Virus record (IMG/VR): IMGVR_UViG_3300037297_000135
Span: 1 to 64,000 of that record
Origin: a virus
Length of the DNA stretch: 64,000 nt
Reading direction: 5' to 3' (one strand)
Position numbers and translations under genes: made by a program
In this document: positions 59,301-64,000 of the stretch, piece after piece
How the letters are laid out: the number at the start of each line of letters is the position of its first letter
Numbering within the stretch: position 1 is the stretch's first letter
The notes under the pieces: model-generated
Databases searched by the model: none
What the model saw: the letters and a program-made list of their open reading frames with translations, nothing else
Told to the model about the DNA's origin: nothing

Positions 59301-59579
59301 AAAGGACTTGTAACTCAAACAGGCCAATATTTGCTTCATGGTACTTCAAATAATCCTGAATGGGTTTTTACAAATTCACAAATATTTAATTTGATTAAAA
59401 ATCTTGCAACAACAGTTCCTAATATAACTAATAATAGTTTTGGCAATCAAGATGTAATTATTCATATGCCGATTTATGGGAATGTGGATAAAAATACAAT
59501 TCCTTTAATAAAAGAAACAGGGAAAGAAGTTGTAAAAGAATTGAAAAAAGCTTTAAACAAAAAAGGTCAATATAAATAA
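53328..59579 (+). CDS. Tail tape measure protein
   Basis: 2083 aa; PhageMin_Tail-like core (ELARAG, KYAV.SND.AE.ISKSG, SGREVGNAIKT); long coiled coils. Confidence 0.92.
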   Translation: MMVMAQEKLLAEVRVGYGKLQDDVNKINQILGLINQGKKDIQINVKLQGLEGERFRKVHNNITLMVQQFSRLNQLIMNINKNSSGLGNLGNILNRTVGNGTGTKPTPNTQNNLGTLSNVPGNIIRQSERTTQSGSSTSTLLQDAQGLTTNIVSNGQGQIISRTQELINTNTQFERSLNQIINAYKSLDYQQQNDLTNVRNTMNALTNLSTRYDQNSSQFRRIIAERERLSTVERRLTDEMNRQPLNRLINNYRMLSIEQQRMPTNIRRIINEYDRLIAQYRQEGRAISGLVQQRNQYQRAFSRSVASVRVEMQRMEETVRTTGIGEFLGIGRGSVLGSGDRRAGILNKVANSFIYSMSANAISQLGNATNELVETNKNFELGLIELSRTMDNVTSASIERLGRKAIETASDYGIALKEIQDAQTELARAGISNEEDLKALTETVAIGLNTTEIKNADEMVKYLISTIKQLNLDISDSNTIIDQWNYLSDKYAVHSNDFAESISKSGAASRKLGLTIKDVNSLTTVLVENTQTSGREVGNAIKTLESNLLRPETVKTLESYGIAVKKNAKEFLDFKTIMTNVSNALNEFESNSLATDEILRSIGGTWRKNWIALLTDSWNEIEEINRKQDEAIGYSAKENEKVMQTYAKQVEQLKVSFSELAVAIGDAGLFDMLKTLSSLVNGTLGVFSSLSPEMQKFLITIGQTALAIKLLGVGVQKVFNISIFQSIMKTSLGMKLFRNVTIETTRAQQYLAQSVQAGIITGQDYQRILTGLNTNQRVRNLSVAAAERQERAYAMAMRDTAAASNKVRIASTVAIAGVSIAIGILVSEINKWKEAEKEAARQMEESIVEHTKNSQTLREAITYYKENHDLVKQDENVKTQLIETQKELNELYGKEAEGLDFVNGKYEENIKKISKLRKQELQNLANDLQIQVDANKEIEFALPKASIGQTDILGLDKMVMFFDKAQKMGYKEYLIELEKMQTILRSGNEELIRQVFEIGEEEGYNATVVNKLLAEVQKRMNDARPLLEKENALMETKREIIRDEILSTKVLNEEETALYETMVKTFDDVPIEKYKDKMEELLKKIRQFDTDMKDGKKANFMDLIVPDMNDLDLEGLVNNVYQEMFNTLGDSVGDFEKAISDAKTAIQQMKSAQDELNSTGKVTEDNLIALLESNSNLIGSLNDRKKLQEEINKVVKQEAKTAQAAYAEKLLSSRAFFQNMLQNNQILYNNLASLYGDDLKNFNSLAQAKSKVESSLIKIIGKNWERYYDNQLDAVKAQINFMNATAAQYWMYGRGAEFEAEMKKLRTLKNTLQQLSNISSNIKTVNFTGGSFSIGSSSGSSSSTTKNDALLKDRYTDINNLINEQNALLTINRDKQKYYEGMETGLKSRIALMEKETKLLEQQKINYSKLAGTLRSERSSLEKKLANDGVKFTGVGDEKMITNAKSRIDRLINLVNKYRNSTSSSGKKSYENYKKQLEELQNNITRFNQIQQQELVQTIDSWRSIDVEIKNINESLSALKIEQVLKGFVKATERYKRSLEGLDYEIQRLGGETELAKTSDLVMEKVRLITDEVKNQRYALNNLLAETDANVISSDAYKNKLDETQKSLRQNILTLQELTKQQKENAKASISGLESRINNILNKGIELRKEALEEELNLYKEHVDSIIQERERQYEAEDFEKNLEKEYKNRQELVNKINRLNLDSSLESYNKRKELEKQLQEFDEKISEMKEQRQRDLIRQNLEDNVTAKEKETSEAVKLIDDEFDIIKRRALIHETIMSESFQSLQDKLPELFQTLGDGVNDFFTTFESYEEHFGDTLGDVSQKFVDDILPQLQNAFSAIDTYEERAAKMQIQSLQLKYDNTSDKDLRAAYKQQAESIREQYGFEYENLRFANLNSGFYTTGETPTQQNAQSVLDIASITADPKFQEEKAKLKIRDLQIEYPSANADRQKELEIQANAIRDMWGWSFEDLKQWVPSTYDEKTLRSYAGGINKGLVTQTGQYLLHGTSNNPEWVFTNSQIFNLIKNLATTVPNITNNSFGNQDVIIHMPIYGNVDKNTIPLIKETGKEVVKELKKALNKKGQYK

Positions 59580-59587
59580 TATATATA

Positions 59588-59616
59588 TTGACATAATGTA
59601 TATATATTAATATAAT
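59588..59616 (+). promoter_or_regulatory. Consensus sigma-A promoter
   Basis: TTGACA-N17-TATAAT. Confidence 0.7.
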
Positions 59617-59879
59617 ATATATAAGGAACATAATAAACAAATTAACATTTGCATGAAATTATATAAACCGTGTAAAACTATTTTTTTTTAAAAATATTTA
59701 CACGGTTTATGTTTTATGTTATAATGTATTTGAATGATAAGGAACATTTGGTTATAGGTTAGTAAACAAAAGAACAAAAGAACAAAACACAAATTGTATA
59801 AATATATTTTTCAGGGGAGATAGATATTTATATGATTTGTGTTTTTTTGTATATTTTTTTTAAAAAAGGAAGTGATATA

Positions 59880-60647
59880 ATGACTGGATTAAATTTTTAT
59901 TTTGATGGTGAATCAAGTGAAGATTATGGGATATATTTGATTCGTGAATCTAATATTGTAAATATTCCATATATACCAGATAAAAAAATAAATGAAGAAT
60001 TTCCAAATTGGTCTAAAAGGCCTTTTTTTTATGATTCAAAATATCAACAATATACGATTAAATTAAGATTTTCAACTTTAGAAAATACTTTAACTGATAC
60101 AAAATTAAATGAAATAGCTTCATGGTTGTTTAAGAATGATTATAAAGAATTTTACAGTGAAGATAATACAGAAAAGATTTTTTATTTAATGGCATCAAGT
60201 AATGTTGATTGTATCAGAACAGTAACAAATGAAGGGTATTTTGATGTTGAATTTAAAAGTTTTTATCCATATGCATTAACAACTGAAGCAACGCCAACAT
60301 ATACAATCACAACAGGAGCAACACCAACAACAGTTGTTTTAGTGAATAATTCAAATGTATATGATTATTATAATCCAGAAATAGAAATAACTGTTGGAGC
60401 AGATACAACAAGTATAAGTATTGTAAATACAAGTGATAGTGATAGAACAACTACAATATCAGGATTGACAGAAAATGAGGTTATATATATAGATAATGAA
60501 AAGAAAAGAATCATTTCAGATACACAAACCTATCCATTTAGTAATTTTAATAAAATTTGGTTAAGATTGATTCAAGGAACCAATAACCTTGATATAACAG
60601 GTAATTGTACAATTGTATTTCGTACACAATTCCCTATATTTACATAA
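59880..60647 (+). CDS. Distal tail protein (Dit)
   Basis: FYFDGESSEDYGI, IASWLF, YYNPEIEI, WLRLIQGTNNL; follows the tape measure gene. Confidence 0.85.
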   Translation: MTGLNFYFDGESSEDYGIYLIRESNIVNIPYIPDKKINEEFPNWSKRPFFYDSKYQQYTIKLRFSTLENTLTDTKLNEIASWLFKNDYKEFYSEDNTEKIFYLMASSNVDCIRTVTNEGYFDVEFKSFYPYALTTEATPTYTITTGATPTTVVLVNNSNVYDYYNPEIEITVGADTTSISIVNTSDSDRTTTISGLTENEVIYIDNEKKRIISDTQTYPFSNFNKIWLRLIQGTNNLDITGNCTIVFRTQFPIFT

Positions 60648-60655
60648 GGTGGTGA

Positions 60656-63600
60656 ATGTATATGTTGATTGATAATATAACAGGTTCAAATTATACTTAT
60701 GAAATGTATCTTTGCAAACCTTATGATTCAATGGTTGGATGTACACCAAATCATGAAATATTGGGATGTTTAACAGAATGTAGTGAAATATCATCAGTTA
60801 AAGAAGAGCTTAGAAATGTAAGCGAATTAAATTTTTCAATTAATAAATATTGGAATGATATAGATAGAGATTGGGGAAGTTATAATGCTAAAACAAATGA
60901 AAATTTTGATTTAGTAGTTGATGGATTGTATGTGCTTTTGCAAAAATATATTGATGATACATTGCAAAAAGAAGAATATTTTTATATATGCAATACTAAG
61001 TTCATAGGTGACCAAAGATTGGTTAAAGAAGTTAGTTGTTATTCAAAAGAATATCTTTGGAATAAGATAAAAATTAGAAATTTTACTGATTCTGATACAT
61101 TTAGTACAACTAGAAAAATATACACAGGTGATACGTTTGATGCTGCAACTCCTAGTTTGGGTGGAATAATGGATTATGTGATTCAAGAAAAACTGCAAGA
61201 TACATGGTTTGTGACATATGTTTCTCCTGAAATTGAAAATGTATACAGAACATTTGATTTTAATGAATCATCAATACCTGAAGTAATAAGAAGAATCGAG
61301 GATATGTTTAATTGTATTTGTTTCAAAGATACAGCATATCATCAGTTGAGATTTATTCATTACGATGAATTGTCGTTAAATTCAAATGTTGTAATATCAG
61401 ATAGAAATTTTTTAAATAATATAACAAAAGAAATAAAAACCGATGAAATTGTGACCAGGCTTTATGTGTCTGGTAAAGATGATACTGTAATAAATGGTGT
61501 AAATGTAACTGGAAAACCATATATAGATAATTTTGATTATTTTCATAATTCAACTTATATGAGTGATAGTCTTTATAATGCATTAAATGATTATAATGAT
61601 TTAAAAGAATATTATGAATCTAATAGCACTCCAACATTTAGCGAATTGCTTAGCACATTAACAACTAAACAAACAGAACTTACAACATTGCAAACAGAAT
61701 TATTTAATCTTCAAACAGAATTATATCAACTTGAAGATAACGAAGATTTACTTTTAAAAATTTTAAGGTATATAAATCCAGGTGAATATAATGATGCTCA
61801 TGAATTGACATTAGCTAAAGAAACTGAAATAACAATAAAAGAAACTGAAATAGCAAATAAAGAAGCTGAAATTATTACAATACAAGAGAATATAACTGCA
61901 ATAACATTAGCATTGGAATATTCAGAAAGATTTACAACATCAGAATTAATTGAATTGCAACAATTTATAAACGAAGATACTGTAAATTGTGATACTGATG
62001 ATGATGATGAATTGTATGCTTATGGTGTTGAGGTAATGGGAATAAGAAGTACTCCACCGATTGATTTTACATTGAGTTTAGTTGATTTATATAACACAAT
62101 AGATGGAAGATATGAATGGGATAAAATCGAATTAGGAAATGTAATAAATCTTGAGTTTGAAGATTTTAGTATTTCAACACAACCTAGAATAACAGCAATT
62201 ACACATTCATCTGATAATGATGATTTAAGTTTAACTGTATCAAATAAACCTTTTTTTAATTCTGAATTAGATTATTTAAGTTCGATGATGGCAATTACAC
62301 AACAAAATTCAACATTGTTAAATAATGAAAGAGAAACATATCTTGAATATTCAAATAATGAAGAAAACTTGATTCAATCAGGTGATGAAATTGATACAGA
62401 AAACAATACAATTTCAATGGGTGATGGAACAACATTAACACGTAGAGGTCAATTTTTAAGAGATGTGCTTGAAGCTACAGGTCAAATGAGAATTTTAGGA
62501 GATAGAATTTTATTCACAAGAAATAATTGGGAAGATGAGGATGGTATTTCAGTTGCTATAACAAGTGAAGGAATTTTTTGTGAGAAATTTTTTGCTATCA
62601 CGAATGGTGATGGTTCAGTAGAAATCAATGAAAACAGCATTGTAATTACAGATATGGATTTAACAATGACAACAGCAAGAGATAATACAATTTATTTAAA
62701 TCCTGATATTGGATTCAAAATACTTCAAGGTAGCACACCTACTTTTTATGCTGAAACAGATGGAAGTTTGTATTTGAAAAATGTATATATTCAAAATGAA
62801 GATGGAAGCATATCAATTTCACCTCAATTGATTGATATATTGAACGGTAAAATAAGAGTTAGACATGAAGGTGGAGTTGAAACAATATTAGATGCTTATG
62901 GAATAGAACCAAAGTTTTTAGATTATCATAAAAATTATGTTTGGAATAGTTCGTTTGAAATATTTGACCCTGATACATTAATTCCACAAAATTGGTCTGA
63001 TGGTATTGCATCTTCAACAGCATCATTTCAAGGAACATATTCATGTAAAATTGAAGATGGTGTAACAATTATTCAATCTGATGATGCAGCTATAAATCCA
63101 GATTGGACAAATTATGCAAATGTTCGTGTAGCATTTCAATGTCGTTGTGCGACTGGTGGAGGTGGAGAAATAATATGTTCAGTGTACGATAAAACAAACG
63201 ATAATTATTTCACAATTTGGGATAATAATGGAAATGAATCAACAACATTAACATTTGAAACTCCTGAAACATGGCTTGATTCAAGATTTACGTTTGCTTT
63301 TGACCCTGCTGAAATAGGGCATCCAAGTTGCACAGAATACAAACTTAAATTTTCAAATAATTCTGGAATACATGTTTATTTAGATTGTGTTCAAGCATCA
63401 GTTGATTTTTCTGGAAAATGGGCACAATTATATAAAATAGGGCCATATTCATTAAGTGCTACAGAAATGCCAGATTTTGAATATTGGGTAAATTATTATG
63501 AACAATATATATATGTTCAACCAGATGAACCAGCAACACCACGAGATGATGATTGTTGGATTGATACAGATGCATATAATAGATATGAAGCTTTAAATGC

Positions 63601-63835
63601 TAATGAAGACAAAACTGTTTTGATGTTAGATGAAGAAGTTATAACGTGTACAATTGCAGGTATAACAGTAACATTGCAAACACCTACACAAGATGGATGT
63701 ATTAAATATATTAAAAATATTTCATCAGGTAGTATTACAATTTCAGGTGATTTAGAAAATGGTTCTACTATGAAATTGTTTCCATTAGAATCTATTATTT
63801 TAACATCATATAATAGTACTTGGTATATAAGTTAG
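60656..63835 (+). CDS. Tail-associated (Tal/baseplate hub) minor structural protein
   Basis: Follows Dit; IVTRLYVSGKD, VNVTGKPYIDNFDYF, coiled coil, C-terminal carbohydrate-binding-like domain. Confidence 0.82.
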   Translation: MYMLIDNITGSNYTYEMYLCKPYDSMVGCTPNHEILGCLTECSEISSVKEELRNVSELNFSINKYWNDIDRDWGSYNAKTNENFDLVVDGLYVLLQKYIDDTLQKEEYFYICNTKFIGDQRLVKEVSCYSKEYLWNKIKIRNFTDSDTFSTTRKIYTGDTFDAATPSLGGIMDYVIQEKLQDTWFVTYVSPEIENVYRTFDFNESSIPEVIRRIEDMFNCICFKDTAYHQLRFIHYDELSLNSNVVISDRNFLNNITKEIKTDEIVTRLYVSGKDDTVINGVNVTGKPYIDNFDYFHNSTYMSDSLYNALNDYNDLKEYYESNSTPTFSELLSTLTTKQTELTTLQTELFNLQTELYQLEDNEDLLLKILRYINPGEYNDAHELTLAKETEITIKETEIANKEAEIITIQENITAITLALEYSERFTTSELIELQQFINEDTVNCDTDDDDELYAYGVEVMGIRSTPPIDFTLSLVDLYNTIDGRYEWDKIELGNVINLEFEDFSISTQPRITAITHSSDNDDLSLTVSNKPFFNSELDYLSSMMAITQQNSTLLNNERETYLEYSNNEENLIQSGDEIDTENNTISMGDGTTLTRRGQFLRDVLEATGQMRILGDRILFTRNNWEDEDGISVAITSEGIFCEKFFAITNGDGSVEINENSIVITDMDLTMTTARDNTIYLNPDIGFKILQGSTPTFYAETDGSLYLKNVYIQNEDGSISISPQLIDILNGKIRVRHEGGVETILDAYGIEPKFLDYHKNYVWNSSFEIFDPDTLIPQNWSDGIASSTASFQGTYSCKIEDGVTIIQSDDAAINPDWTNYANVRVAFQCRCATGGGGEIICSVYDKTNDNYFTIWDNNGNESTTLTFETPETWLDSRFTFAFDPAEIGHPSCTEYKLKFSNNSGIHVYLDCVQASVDFSGKWAQLYKIGPYSLSATEMPDFEYWVNYYEQYIYVQPDEPATPRDDDCWIDTDAYNRYEALNANEDKTVLMLDEEVITCTIAGITVTLQTPTQDGCIKYIKNISSGSITISGDLENGSTMKLFPLESIILTSYNSTWYIS

Positions 63836-63845
63836 GGGTGATATT

Positions 63846-64000
63846 ATGAATTTTGATGGAAGTGAAACATTATATGACCTTATACCAGAAGAAACAATTA
63901 CAGATGCTAGTAATGCATACACAAGAAAAAGTTTTAAAACAAATAATTATTGGTATTTATTTACTGGTAATTATTATGTAGATACAATATTTAAAAGTGT
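63846..64000 (+). CDS. Tail fibre/baseplate protein (3'-partial)
   Basis: RBS GGGGTG and ATG; open to the window end. Confidence 0.4.
   Translation, partial: MNFDGSETLYDLIPEETITDASNAYTRKSFKTNNYWYLFTGNYYVDTIFKS

Noticed and set aside
1-64000. Stop-codon reassignment, introns/inteins or an integrase
   Set aside because: Long genes are intact in the standard code with TAA, TAG and TGA all used as stops. TerL, helicase and PyrG are of normal length, and no recombinase motif was recognised.

Overview
Very AT-rich 64 kb segment of a large tailed phage with Firmicutes-type signals (GGAG/GGGG RBSs, TTGACA-N17-TATAAT promoters); the host is probably clostridial (inference). The head/tail gene order resembles SPbeta/c-st-like siphoviruses, and almost all genes are on the + strand. 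1-15 kb: a partial phage-type initiator with internal iterons, a Tad1-like anti-Thoeris sponge, CTP synthase, a P-loop kinase, a TerF-like vWA protein, a plasmid-type Rep_3 initiator with four 21-bp iterons (suggesting a phage-plasmid) and a RecD2 helicase. 15.5-29 kb: terminase, portal, scaffold, capsid, head-tail proteins, tail tube and a BspA-LRR fibre-like protein. 29-52.6 kb: an accessory block between the tail tube and the tail chaperones. It holds an amidase, two NUDIX enzymes, an Acb2/Tad1-hairpin protein, six glycosyltransferase-like genes, a methyltransferase, a B12 radical SAM enzyme, nucleotide-sugar enzymes and tRNAs (including an unusual Gly-ACC). It also holds three tRNA-mimic RNAs with a shared closing helix (one circularly permuted like YrlA Y RNA) directly upstream of a Ro60-like helical+vWA gene. 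52.6-64 kb: tail chaperones with a -1 frameshift site, tape measure, Dit and Tal. Best candidates for new biology: the Ro60-like/tRNA-mimic RNA operon and the multi-enzyme glycosylation pathway coupled to tail assembly. All family assignments are by motif recognition; no database searches were run.
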